A stretch of DNA of 64,000 nucleotides from Thermomicrobiales bacterium (GCA_045804965.1 JBJMMD010000047.1:18421-82420), one strand, 5' to 3'; positions 38,501 through 47,451 are shown, numbered from the stretch's first letter. Made by a program: numbers and translations. Notes: generated from the sequence alone by a model not told the origin.

Positions 38501-38761
38501 GAGGCCGACGGGTTGCCAATCGCGGTCGGAAGTCTGAAGCCCGCCGACATAGGCGACGGCGTGATTCTTCGCGTTTACGAGCCGCATGGCGCACGGGGTG
38601 AAGTTGATTTGCGCTTTCGCCAGTCAGTGCGGCAAGTTGAACGGGTCAATCTCATGGAAGAGTCGGACGAATCCAAGGAAGCGCCGACGCTCGAAGGCGG
38701 CAACACGGTTCGTCTCAAGCTCGGACCATTCGAAGTAGTGACGCTTCGAATCGTTTATTGA
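35531..38761 (+). CDS. glycoside hydrolase family 38 alpha-mannosidase (cytoplasmic)
   Basis: LTGHAHIDLAWLWP, WVESDCNV.GGES, LNQFHDILPGSS and a 1076-aa length. No signal peptide. AGGAGG lies 14 nt upstream. Confidence 0.9.
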   Translation: MPEHWMTSTDERRLYRLERRIEELRAWRNARQSPILQWTFTAHDGKPVSMQLGDFWPVHEVPVTFTTEAKIPPAWKGQPVELELWVGGEAFVRLSTGYQAGLNPMHHRFPVVDQAKGGETIGIEVEAAPKGIFGTNIAEPRLERAQFVIPQRETRALERDLTMLREACVHLEGHEAVSFLLDVAEQAIDELACAWPTDTETSLSRYVLGYDNGLGAGVGAVPGEWESEAIDAERSTNPTWSLPPAPRELEPLSNEAISAVNRARTTFANELERLKETYPPVGSLVLTGHAHIDLAWLWPMAETRRKIRRTFSTVLDLMDRYDDFMFNQSSAQAYVWIEEDDPGVFTRIKQRVAEGRWEPSGGMWVESDCNVTGGESFVRQLVYGQRYFEQSFGRRNRAAWLPDVFGFSGGIPQLLRGAGLDGFFTIKLNWNEENKFPYDLFTWEGIDGSQVTAHLFLNPGHGYNANIVPFDTLGTWRNFRGKRRHPESLLAFGWGDGAGGPTEKMLENYARIKDFPALPRLRMGSIETFFANLPPEDKLPKWAGELYLELHRGTLTTQAKTKALNRASEHRLLEAEAFGAIATLDGFTYPHREIEQAWKTLLLNQFHDILPGSSIHEVYEDTHRLLGEVVSTATRVRDEALGNADDMAGCVRIANASLSPRRLRVELPGVKMDAGVKACDGSSLTTQPTDGGLLVLSAVDVPGLGWTTLTIVEAKDSTVVDITEKATAQKKRGGAVLENEHLRVEIGADGTILHATDKAANREVLADRGNQLWAYVDKPYSWDAWDVDEAYERGAQEIGGVEAVEIVESGPVRASVRVSRRWRESTIVQTYRLWAGSQRMDIETTIDWHQRQVMVKALFPMAIHTRIATYETMYGAVQRPTHRNTSWDEARFEVAAHRWADLSETGYGVSLLNDSKYGYGAHDNVLNISLLRSPLYPDPLADEGEHHLTYSFFPHPGHWTTSDVVNEAFALNSPLIVTAGGTGEPDFGFVEADGLPIAVGSLKPADIGDGVILRVYEPHGARGEVDLRFRQSVRQVERVNLMEESDESKEAPTLEGGNTVRLKLGPFEVVTLRIVY

Positions 38762-38820
38762 GGTCGCGTTTAAATTGCGGAAGTCGTATCTAGAGGATCG
38801 AAAGCACGAGGGAGGATTTC

Positions 38821-39921
38821 GTGGATACGCTTAAAGTTGGCATTCTCGGAGCCGGCGGGATCGCGGTGCAGCACGGGATCGGCTGGAAAGCCAACGCGCC
38901 GCGTGGTGAAGTCGTCGCCATCGCCGACGTGACGCCGGAACGAGCAAAGTTTTTTGCCGACGGCTTTACTGGCGGTAAGGCAAAACTCTACGCAGGAATT
39001 GACGAGCTGTTGGCGGATCCGGATGTTGAAGCAGTCGATATCTGTCTTCCACATCATTTGCATACCACGGCGATCGTCGCAGCAGCACGCGCTGGAAAGG
39101 CAATTCTTTGCGAGAAGCCGCTTTGCACGTCTCAAGAGGACGCCGAGTTCATTGGCCAAACCCTGCAGGAGACTGGCACCACCTTCGTCATGGCGCACAA
39201 TCAGCTCTTCCAGCCAAGCCTGATCGAGGCTCGCCGGCTCTTGACAGGTGGTCTGCTTGGACGACCGTTCGTTTTTCGCTCAATTGAAGCTTTCCAGCAT
39301 CGCGGTATGCAGGGCAATCAACTGCCCGCGCACCTCGCAACCGGCGAAAGTCCGTGGGCGTGGCGCGCCGATGTCAGCCGGATGGGAGGCGGCGAAGTTC
39401 TCGACACAGGCTGGCATGCGTCTTATCGACTGCTCGCGCTCGCGGATGATCGTCCGGTTGAAGTTTCGGCAATGATCGATCGCTTCTTCGTACCGGGCCT
39501 GACCACGGAAGATACCGGTGTGCTGCTCATTCGTTTCGCGTCCGGCGCCATCGGCGAGATCATCACAACTTGGGCGTTCGGCACGATCGGCGCGTGGCAC
39601 TTCGAAGTGGCGGCCGAGCTCGGAAGCATCGCGGGGGCCGCGGACCGGATCATGCATCAAATGCATGGCTGGCCGAAACCGGCAGTGCGAACAAACGAGC
39701 CGATCCACACGTTCACAGCCGAAATTACGCATTTCCTCGATGTCGTCCAGCAAGGACATTCAAGCCGCGCCACGTTTGCCACCGCCGCGCGGGTGCTGCA
39801 ATTGACAAAGGCTGCTTATCGATCGGCGGCGGAGCATCGTGTCATCGCGCTTCCTGAGAACCCAATCGAGCCAGGCCTTCCCGCCGATGAGTATGCCGAG
39901 GCAGCAACATCTGCGGCATAG
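38821..39921 (+). CDS. Gfo/Idh/MocA-family NAD(P)-dependent oxidoreductase
   Basis: LKVGILGAGGIAVQHG Rossmann motif, ILCEKPL and a typical C-terminal alpha/beta domain. Confidence 0.85.
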   Translation: MDTLKVGILGAGGIAVQHGIGWKANAPRGEVVAIADVTPERAKFFADGFTGGKAKLYAGIDELLADPDVEAVDICLPHHLHTTAIVAAARAGKAILCEKPLCTSQEDAEFIGQTLQETGTTFVMAHNQLFQPSLIEARRLLTGGLLGRPFVFRSIEAFQHRGMQGNQLPAHLATGESPWAWRADVSRMGGGEVLDTGWHASYRLLALADDRPVEVSAMIDRFFVPGLTTEDTGVLLIRFASGAIGEIITTWAFGTIGAWHFEVAAELGSIAGAADRIMHQMHGWPKPAVRTNEPIHTFTAEITHFLDVVQQGHSSRATFATAARVLQLTKAAYRSAAEHRVIALPENPIEPGLPADEYAEAATSAA

Positions 39922-39963
39922 GCCATTGCGTGAAGGGGATCGAAATCTGACTCTGGAGGCACG

Positions 39964-40845
39964 ATGCAAAAGACACTAGGGCCATCGGCGATCGGAATCA
40001 AAGGCGTGTCGTTGCAGGAATCGATCGAGCTTGCCAGCGCGACGGGATTTGATTCCGTACTGATCGATATCAGGGAAGTCGAGAAACTCGCCAACGACAT
40101 CGGCGTCGACGGCGTAAAAGAACGGTTTGCGAACGCCGGCGTGAAACCCGCGTCGTGGAACTCCGCCGTCGCTTGGACGAAGGACGAGCAGCGAGACGAT
40201 GATCTCAAATTGTTGCCCAAGCGGGCCGCCATCGCTCGTGACCTCGGAACGACCCGCGCAACAACGGGCGTGATGCCGGGATCGAATGACCGCGACTACG
40301 CCGAAAACTACGCCTGGACGGTCGAGCGCTTACGCCCTGTGGCAGAAGTACTCAAGAGCGAAGGCTGTCAATTGGGAATTGAGTTCATCAGCCCGAAGAC
40401 CCTGCGTGACACATTCAAGTACGAGTTCATCTATACGCTCGGGGGCACAATGGAGCTTGCGGCCTCGATCGGGGCCGGAAATGTTGGACTCCTGCTCGAT
40501 GCTTGGCACCTCTACGAGTCTGGAGGTGACGTGTCGGCTATGGACCAAATCACTGCGAAGGATGTGATTGCGGTCCACGTCAACGACGCGCCGGCGGGCA
40601 TACCCCGGGATGAGCAGCAAGATCTTGTTCGCGCGCTGCCGATGGAAACTGGCGTGATCGACATCGTTCCGTTCATGCGCAAGCTGCAAGAACTTGGCTA
40701 CGACGGGCCGGTCATGGCTGAGCCGTTCAGCAAGCGCCTTGAGGAAATCGCTGCACATGACCCTGTCGCGGCGGCGCGCGAAACGAAACTCTCGCTCGAC
40801 AAGCTTTGGGCCGCGGCGCTTGGTGATGCCGCGTTCGCTTCATAG
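39964..40845 (+). CDS. xylose-isomerase-like TIM-barrel protein (sugar phosphate isomerase/epimerase family)
   Basis: Periodic beta/alpha pattern with LGIEF, LLLDAWHL, AVHVNDA and MAEPF, the metal-ligand-like positions typical of the AP_endonuc_2 fold. Confidence 0.78.
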   Translation: MQKTLGPSAIGIKGVSLQESIELASATGFDSVLIDIREVEKLANDIGVDGVKERFANAGVKPASWNSAVAWTKDEQRDDDLKLLPKRAAIARDLGTTRATTGVMPGSNDRDYAENYAWTVERLRPVAEVLKSEGCQLGIEFISPKTLRDTFKYEFIYTLGGTMELAASIGAGNVGLLLDAWHLYESGGDVSAMDQITAKDVIAVHVNDAPAGIPRDEQQDLVRALPMETGVIDIVPFMRKLQELGYDGPVMAEPFSKRLEEIAAHDPVAAARETKLSLDKLWAAALGDAAFAS

Positions 40846-41159
40846 GTTTTCCGTCTCGGACTTCTGGTCGACTTCATCGATGACCCAGCAGGAATCCTGG
40901 GACGTTGCTGCGGAATGACTTCGTTAAGAATCACTGTCTCTCGCCCGATTTCGTAACTGCCGAGGAAGGGGATTCGCCGAGACTGAAGGTTTGCGGATAA
41001 GTGATCTTGTCCGAATTTTGTGACTGTGCTACCTTCCGCGTCCCGTATTGACTGGCGCCGGACCCGTGACTCCCGCCGCAGCGCGCTAGCGTTCGCGCAT
41101 CGCGTCAACGTTGGAGATTGAGCACATATGCTGTTTGATACAGCATCGTTGGGGGAACT

Positions 41160-41621
41160 GTGCCGCAAATTGCGTCGGACATCGTTGATGCGTATGTCTT
41201 TCGACGATCGAACGGTCGGGTGCAGTTTCTCTTGCTGCAACGGCAAGACGATTTGCCCCTGGGCGGGACATGGCAGAGCATTCACGCCAAAATTGAAGCC
41301 AATGAGTCAGCATTGGAAGCGGCGGAACGCGCGGTCCGCGCCAGCACAGGGTTCGAAATCGTAGACGCGTTTTCGGCCGATTACATCAATCAGTTCTATG
41401 ATCACGAGACCGACACGATCATCCTAGCGCCAGTTTTCGCGTTCACGGTGGCGTCACCGGCACGTCCCGCGCTGAGCCAGGAATATCGAGATTGCATCTG
41501 GTGTGGTCGCGAGGAAGCGACGGCTCGCCTGCTTTGGACCGGGCAACGCTGGGCGATTCGGCACATCGATGAAGTCATCGGCATGGGTGGCGAAGAGTCG
41601 GAATACTATCGCGTTCGCTGA
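41160..41621 (+). CDS. NudB-like Nudix-fold protein with degenerate Nudix box
   Basis: VQFLLLQRQDDLPLGGTWQSIHAKIEANESALEAAERAVRASTGFEIV has Nudix-fold spacing, but the box reads AKIEANE-x7-RAVRASTGF instead of Gx5Ex7REUxEExGU. GTG start. Confidence 0.68.
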   Translation: MPQIASDIVDAYVFRRSNGRVQFLLLQRQDDLPLGGTWQSIHAKIEANESALEAAERAVRASTGFEIVDAFSADYINQFYDHETDTIILAPVFAFTVASPARPALSQEYRDCIWCGREEATARLLWTGQRWAIRHIDEVIGMGGEESEYYRVR

Positions 41622-41633
41622 TATTATGTAAAG

Positions 41634-41647
41634 AGAACATCCGTTCT
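41634..41647. promoter_or_regulatory. LexA/SOS (Cheo-type) box in the uvrB promoter
   Basis: AGAACATCCGTTCT is a perfect GAAC-N4-GTTC inverted repeat. It lies 22 nt upstream of a TATAAT hexamer (41670-41675), so it overlaps the -35 position, and 78 nt upstream of the uvrB ATG. Confidence 0.6.
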
Positions 41648-41724
41648 ATCCTCTTCCCTATCCGCGCGCTATAATTCCATATCTTACGCCCGCGCTTCGT
41701 CGCGGGTTCCTTCTGGGAGGTTCC

Positions 41725-43737
41725 ATGCCTGATTTCAAGATCGTTTCTGACCTCCGGCCGACCGGCGATCAACCAAAGGCAATCGAGCAACTGATCGGCG
41801 GTCTGCAGAAGGGCATGAAGCGGCAGACGCTGCTTGGCGTCACCGGTTCGGGCAAGACGTTCACGATGGCAAATGTGGTCGAAGCGGTCAATCGGCCGAC
41901 GCTCGTTCTTGCTCATAACAAGACGCTGGCCGCTCAACTCTACTCCGAGTTCAAGGAGTTTTTTCCGCACAACGCGATCGAATACTTCGTTTCCTATTAC
42001 GACTACTACCAGCCTGAAGCATACGTTCCACGAACGGACACCTTCATCGAGAAAGACGCGGATATCAATGAAGAGATCGACAAGCTGCGGCACGCTGCCA
42101 CCCGATCGTTACTTACGCGAAAAGACACTTTGATTGTCGCATCGGTCTCCTGCATCTACGGTCTTGGTTCGCCGGAGGAATATGCAAACACAACGGTTCA
42201 GGTCCGCAGGGGGGCGCAGGCGAAACGAGATAAAATCGTCCGCCAACTCATCGACATTCAATACGACCGCAACGATATGACCCTGACCCGCGGGACCTTC
42301 AGAGTGCGTGGCGATACGCTTGAGATTTTCCCCGCCTACGAAGAAATCGCGGTTCGAATCGAATTCTTCGGTGATGACGTAGAGCGGATTGTGGAAGTCG
42401 ATCCTTTGACGGGCGAGCTCCTGGTCGAGCGACTCGACGTCCAGATCTACCCAGCCAAACACTTCGTCACAAGCGCCGACAAATTGAAAGTCGCGATAAA
42501 GGATATCCAAGTCGAGCTCGAAGACCGATTGAACGAGCTCGAGAGTCAAGGCAAGTTGCTGGAAGCGGCACGATTGCGGCAACGCACAATGTACGACATT
42601 GAGATGATGCAAGAGGCCGGCTATTGCGCCGGCATCGAGAACTACTCGATGCACCTTTCCCGGCGGCAACCGGGAGATCAGCCGTCCACGCTGTTGGACT
42701 ACTTCCCTGACGATTTCTTGATGTTTGTCGATGAGTCGCACATGTCGTTACCGCAAGTGCGCGGGATGTTCGCGGGCGACCGCTCGCGCAAGGACGTTCT
42801 CGTCGAGCATGGCTTCCGCTTGCCTTCGGCCCGCGAGAACCGTCCGCTCACCTTCGATGAATTTACGAGGATGCTTGACCAAGCCATTTACGTATCCGCC
42901 ACACCTGGACCGTACGAGCATGAGCATAGCGAGCAGATTGTCGAGCAGGTTATCCGACCGACCGGCCTCATCGATCCCGCGATCTCCGTCCGGCCGACGA
43001 AGGGACAAATCGACGATCTTCTCAATGAAATTCACGTTCGCGTTGCCAAAGGCGAACGAGTGCTCGTGACAACGCTGACGAAGCGGATGGCGGAGGATCT
43101 CGCCGACTATCTCAAGGAGATGGGCGTCCGCACGCACTATCTCCACAGTGAGGTCGACACGCTCGAACGGATCGAAATCCTTCGAGACCTTCGTCTCGGT
43201 ATCTACGACGTAGTCGTCGGCATCAATCTCTTGCGTGAAGGACTCGACCTGCCAGAGGTCTCGCTTGTTGCGATTCTCGATGCCGACAAGGAAGGGTACC
43301 TGCGGTCGGAAGGTTCACTGATTCAAACTACGGGCCGCGCTGCCAGGCACGTCGACGGCCTCGTTATCATGTACGCGGATACGATGACCCGTTCAATGAA
43401 AGCCGCGATCGACGAGACGTACCGCCGTCGTGCCATCCAGATTGAGTACAACGAGCAACACGGAATCACGCCGCGCGGCATCATCAAGCAAATCAAGGAC
43501 CTGACCGAACGCGTGAAGGCAGTGGCTGAGGAGCAAATCGAATACCGCGCGTCCGGGAACGGCAAGGCCGGCATTATCGGCGAACTTCCGCGAGATGAGT
43601 TAACTCGGATGATCAAGGACCTGGAATCGCAAATGAAAACGGCCGCGCGGGATCTCGAATTTGAGAAGGCGGCGCTGCTCAGAGATCAGATTGTTGAACT
43701 TCGACGGATCATCGAAGTCGATCCAGTTGCTCGTTGA
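41725..43737 (+). CDS. uvrB: excinuclease ABC subunit B
   Basis: [12 protein letters not shown] Walker A, helicase motifs and a C-terminal UVR domain ([18 protein letters not shown]). Confidence 0.96.
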   Translation: MPDFKIVSDLRPTGDQPKAIEQLIGGLQKGMKRQTLLGVTGSGKTFTMANVVEAVNRPTLVLAHNKTLAAQLYSEFKEFFPHNAIEYFVSYYDYYQPEAYVPRTDTFIEKDADINEEIDKLRHAATRSLLTRKDTLIVASVSCIYGLGSPEEYANTTVQVRRGAQAKRDKIVRQLIDIQYDRNDMTLTRGTFRVRGDTLEIFPAYEEIAVRIEFFGDDVERIVEVDPLTGELLVERLDVQIYPAKHFVTSADKLKVAIKDIQVELEDRLNELESQGKLLEAARLRQRTMYDIEMMQEAGYCAGIENYSMHLSRRQPGDQPSTLLDYFPDDFLMFVDESHMSLPQVRGMFAGDRSRKDVLVEHGFRLPSARENRPLTFDEFTRMLDQAIYVSATPGPYEHEHSEQIVEQVIRPTGLIDPAISVRPTKGQIDDLLNEIHVRVAKGERVLVTTLTKRMAEDLADYLKEMGVRTHYLHSEVDTLERIEILRDLRLGIYDVVVGINLLREGLDLPEVSLVAILDADKEGYLRSEGSLIQTTGRAARHVDGLVIMYADTMTRSMKAAIDETYRRRAIQIEYNEQHGITPRGIIKQIKDLTERVKAVAEEQIEYRASGNGKAGIIGELPRDELTRMIKDLESQMKTAARDLEFEKAALLRDQIVELRRIIEVDPVAR

Positions 43738-44801
43738 TTCGGCGCCTGAGGGTGGGTTTAGTAGGGGGAATCGGCACGTTGACGTGGTTCAGATTATTTG
43801 GCCGGCGTTCGGCGGTTCGCGGGATGAGCGCGGCTGTTTCGCTCATATTGATCCTCTTTGTCTTGATTCAAACCGGTTCGCCTGTTCTGGGCACGACAGT
43901 GCCAGTGAGCCCAACTGCCGAATCAAAAAGTGGTGAAGCTCCAGACGCATCAGGAGAAGTCGCGGAGCAGCTGCCACCTCCCGATCTGCCGACCACAAGC
44001 AAACAAGGCTACACGTTCGACTTGCAAGCATCGCTCAAGGCCGACTTGAAAAAGGTCGCCACCGATGCTCCGGTCTATGCACTTGACCGAGGCGCGATGA
44101 CGAAAGCTCAGGCTCAAAAGCTCGCCGACAAACTGAAGATTGGCGCAAAAGTGAAGGCGCGCGGCACAGATGGCTTCACCGCTTCGGGCGAAGGCGAGCT
44201 TTTCATTACGCCCGATTTGATCCAGTACCAATCCGCCTCCGGACCGAAGGACGGAAAATTACCGTCCGACGAGGAAGCGGTGACTGCTGCTCGAAAATGG
44301 CTGCGCGGAAGCGGCTTAACACCTGCCGATCTCGGCGAAGGCCACGTCGCGAGTCGAGTCGAACCATCCCATGTGGTCGTCGTGGTCTTTGCACCGATCG
44401 AGCCGGACGGCCTTCTGGCTGCATACCCGAGCATCACCGTTTCGCTCGGGCCAAAAGGCGAAGTGCTCGAGGCGGCGAAGCGGTGGGCGGACATTCAGCC
44501 TGCCGACACTTACCAGCTTCGGTCCGCCGAGGATGCGTGGAAGGACGTTCAAGTCGGCGAAGTGTACATCGAAGCCAATTTAACAGAAGCTGATTTTCCC
44601 GCCGGGGCAGACGTTTCCGGCAGCGTAACGTATAACGACATCAGCATCGGCTACACAACGGCTGGACCTCCGGGCGGAACGCAATATCTCGAGCCAGTCT
44701 TTGTCTTTAAAGGCAGACTGCGAATCGAAGGAAAAAAGGGAACCTACGCGATCAAGGCGTACCTCCCAGCGTTAGCCAACAGCGGCGCGCCCGTCGGCTA
44801 G
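43734..44801 (+). CDS. hypothetical membrane-anchored/secreted protein
   Basis: Arg-rich N-terminus, then a single hydrophobic helix ([14 protein letters not shown]), a Pro/Ser/Glu linker and about 270 aa of mixed alpha/beta sequence with no motif I recognise. TTG 43734 overlaps the uvrB stop (TTGA). ATG 43824 is an alternative start. Confidence 0.55.
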   Translation: MIRRLRVGLVGGIGTLTWFRLFGRRSAVRGMSAAVSLILILFVLIQTGSPVLGTTVPVSPTAESKSGEAPDASGEVAEQLPPPDLPTTSKQGYTFDLQASLKADLKKVATDAPVYALDRGAMTKAQAQKLADKLKIGAKVKARGTDGFTASGEGELFITPDLIQYQSASGPKDGKLPSDEEAVTAARKWLRGSGLTPADLGEGHVASRVEPSHVVVVVFAPIEPDGLLAAYPSITVSLGPKGEVLEAAKRWADIQPADTYQLRSAEDAWKDVQVGEVYIEANLTEADFPAGADVSGSVTYNDISIGYTTAGPPGGTQYLEPVFVFKGRLRIEGKKGTYAIKAYLPALANSGAPVG

Positions 44802-44826
44802 TTTTCGATCGGGTGATGAATTTGCG

Positions 44827-45294
44827 ATGACTGAGCGGCGGATCTTGGTGCTCAACGGTCCGAATTTAAATCTGCTCGGCTCGCGGGAGCCGCATCTCTA
44901 TGGCGCGGCTACCTTGCCGGAGATCGAGCAGCGATTGACAGCGCGCGCCGTAGCATCGAATCCGCCGGTCGAGATCGAGTCATACCAGTCGAACCACGAA
45001 GGTGCGCTCGTCGACAAGATTCAAGAATCGGGCCAGAACGCGTTCGGGATCATCATCAATCCCGGAGCGCTGACCCACTACAGCATTGCGCTCCGCGACG
45101 CGTTGTCGGCGTTCGGCAAACCGGTCGTTGAAGTCCATCTCACCAATATTCATGCGCGCGAAGAGTTTCGCCGCCATTCAGTCATCGCTCCAGTTGCGGC
45201 CGGCCAAATCGCTGGCCTCGGGGCGATCGGGTATGAGCTGGCGTACGAATATCTCCTGCAACAAATGGCTGACACCCAGGAGTCGAGATGTTGA
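44827..45294 (+). CDS. aroQ: type II 3-dehydroquinate dehydratase
   Basis: ILVLNGPNLNLLGSREP.LYG, SNHEGALVD, INPGALTHYS and EVHLTNIHAREEFR. Confidence 0.92.
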   Translation: MTERRILVLNGPNLNLLGSREPHLYGAATLPEIEQRLTARAVASNPPVEIESYQSNHEGALVDKIQESGQNAFGIIINPGALTHYSIALRDALSAFGKPVVEVHLTNIHAREEFRRHSVIAPVAAGQIAGLGAIGYELAYEYLLQQMADTQESRC

Positions 45295-46379
45295 ACGAGC
45301 GCCTTGAGGCTTTGCGGGCGGGATTGACGGATCGCTCTGTAAATGCGGTTTTGGTTACGCATCCAAACAATCGGTTTTATCTCAGTGGGTACACGGGCGA
45401 AGATGATCCGCCGAACGAATCCGCTGGTGTTCTGCTCATTACGCAGGATCGGGCGTTCATTTTTGCCCCGCCAAACAACGTTGAGTGGGCAGCTTCGGAA
45501 GCGCAGGACTTCGAGGCAATGGCGTGGCGACGACCGTGGGAAGGTTCAATCGCCGAGCGCGCGCAGGAACTCGGGATCGAGCGATTGGGAATTGAGAAGG
45601 AGGCTCTCCCACTTGCTTCTTTCGAGACGCTCAGCCAGAAATTGAACGGTTCGCTCGAATTCGTCGCTGTCGACGAAACCGTATCCGATCTCCGGGCCAT
45701 CAAAACTCCTGATGAGGTTCAGTCTCTCCAGCGAGCGTTAAAACTGACTGACGATGTGTTCGTAGCCTGCACGGGCAATCTCGCTCCCGGCATCACAGAA
45801 CGTGAACTGGCCCGGAACATCGAACGCACGATGCGCGAAATGGGCGCCGATAATCTCGCCTTCCACACGATCGTCGCCTCCGGTCCCCATGCGGCACGGC
45901 CACATCACCAGGTGACGGATCGGGCCCTTTCTTTAGGCGAGCCAATTGTGATCGACATGGGGGCGAGGGTCGACGGTTACAACGGCGATCTAACCCGTAC
46001 AATCTGGCTCGGCGAGCCGAACTCCAGATTGAAGGACGTTTACAATATGGTCTTGGACGCGCAGCAGGCAGCGCTCGACGGCATCAGGGCAGGGATGAGT
46101 GGCAAGGACGCCGATCGGCTGGCTCGAGCCGTTGTTGAGGATGCCGGTTATGGCGATTATTTCAGTCACGGGCTCGGACACGGACTCGGTCTGCGCGTGC
46201 ATGAAGCGCCAAGCGCATCGGCATCCGCAACGGCTCTCCTTCGTGCCGGAGAGGTGTTGACGGTCGAGCCCGGCATCTACATTCAAGGCTGGGGCGGCGT
46301 CAGACTTGAGGATGTCGTGCTCATCGAGGAACACGGCGCGCGGAACATGACGACCGCGCCAAAGCATGTGCGATTCTAG
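45288..46379 (+). CDS. M24-family Xaa-Pro aminopeptidase/dipeptidase
   Basis: Creatinase-like N-domain plus the pita-bread core (HTIVASGP, DMGARVDGYNGDLTRT, HGLGHGLGLRVHE, LTVEPGIY, VRLED). Confidence 0.85.
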   Translation: MLNERLEALRAGLTDRSVNAVLVTHPNNRFYLSGYTGEDDPPNESAGVLLITQDRAFIFAPPNNVEWAASEAQDFEAMAWRRPWEGSIAERAQELGIERLGIEKEALPLASFETLSQKLNGSLEFVAVDETVSDLRAIKTPDEVQSLQRALKLTDDVFVACTGNLAPGITERELARNIERTMREMGADNLAFHTIVASGPHAARPHHQVTDRALSLGEPIVIDMGARVDGYNGDLTRTIWLGEPNSRLKDVYNMVLDAQQAALDGIRAGMSGKDADRLARAVVEDAGYGDYFSHGLGHGLGLRVHEAPSASASATALLRAGEVLTVEPGIYIQGWGGVRLEDVVLIEEHGARNMTTAPKHVRF

Positions 46380-46402
46380 AATCGTTTGAGGAGAGGTAGC
46401 TA

Positions 46403-46963
46403 GTGATCGATACTGGGGATCTTCGAAAAGGGTTGACGCTCGACTATGACGGTCGCCTGGTCAAAGTCGTCGACTTCGCGCACAACAAGCAAGGTCGCGG
46501 TTCAGCGCAGGTGCGCTTGACACTCAGGGATCTCCGAACAGGGGGAATCACTCAGCACTCCGTGCAAGCCGGCGCAAGGTTCGCGCCGGTTCGTCTCGAG
46601 CGTCAGCATGTACAGTTTCTCTACAATGAGAACGGCCATTATCACTTCATGGATACCGACACGTTTGATCAACTTGTTCTCGATGAATCTTCAGTGGGCG
46701 GTGTGAAGGATTTCATGAAAGAGAACGACTCCGTCGATTTGCTCACCTACAATGGCGAACCGATCGACATCGAACTGCCAACCGCGGTTCTCTTGCAAGT
46801 TGAGCAGACAGACCCGGGCTTTAAAGGCGACACGGCGACGGGCGGAACCAAACCGGCGAGACTAGAGACTGGCCTCGTCGTCAGTGTTCCACTCTTCATC
46901 AATATTGGCGACACGCTGAAAGTCGATACGAGGACTGGCGCGTATCTGGAGCGAGTGAGTTAA
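46403..46963 (+). CDS. efp: elongation factor P
   Basis: DLRKGLTLDYDGRLVKVVDFAHNKQGRGSAQVR...GFKGDTATGGTKPARLETG. Confidence 0.95.
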   Translation: MIDTGDLRKGLTLDYDGRLVKVVDFAHNKQGRGSAQVRLTLRDLRTGGITQHSVQAGARFAPVRLERQHVQFLYNENGHYHFMDTDTFDQLVLDESSVGGVKDFMKENDSVDLLTYNGEPIDIELPTAVLLQVEQTDPGFKGDTATGGTKPARLETGLVVSVPLFINIGDTLKVDTRTGAYLERVS

Positions 46964-47440
46964 ATGGTAAGCGACAATCCGCTCACCTCCGCCGACATTG
47001 CGTCGTTCGACGATCTGACCGAAACGGTCAGATCATTGGCTGAGTTGATGACTGAACACGGTCTGTCGAAGCTTGATTTGAAGCTCGGCGGCGTGATGAT
47101 TCGTATGCGCTCGGGCACCGAAACCGACGGTCGTCCGACAGCGACGGTGGCCGCCGCCCAATCAGTTCCAGCGACAGAAGCGCCGATGGAGCTTGAGGAA
47201 GGATACGTCGTCACTGCACCAATGATTGGTACCTATTATTCGGCCTCGGCACCCGGCGAGGCGCCGTTCGTGCAGGTCGGGGATCGCGTCGAGGTTGGAC
47301 AAGTGATCGGCATCATCGAAGCGATGAAAATCATGAACGAAATTTCTGCAGATCGCTCGGGGACCGTCAAGGAAATTATGGTCACCAACGCCCAGGCCGT
47401 GGAATACGGTTCCCCGCTGATGCGTCTCGTCCAAGCGTAG
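46964..47440 (+). CDS. accB: biotin carboxyl carrier protein (AccB-type)
   Basis: VTAPMIGTYY...VGQVIGIIEAMKIMNEI (the biotinyl-lysine AMKM motif). No accC follows it. Confidence 0.85.
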   Translation: MVSDNPLTSADIASFDDLTETVRSLAELMTEHGLSKLDLKLGGVMIRMRSGTETDGRPTATVAAAQSVPATEAPMELEEGYVVTAPMIGTYYSASAPGEAPFVQVGDRVEVGQVIGIIEAMKIMNEISADRSGTVKEIMVTNAQAVEYGSPLMRLVQA

Positions 47441-47451
47441 GCCGCGTACCA

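Noticed and set aside
40698-41285. 195-aa minus-strand ORF spanning the 314-nt gap between the TIM-barrel gene and the Nudix-like gene, considered as a possible missed gene or pseudogene.
   Set aside because: It overlaps both flanking genes, its composition is low-complexity (R/S/A-rich), and I can see no recognisable domain and no RBS. The gap is better treated as non-coding or regulatory.
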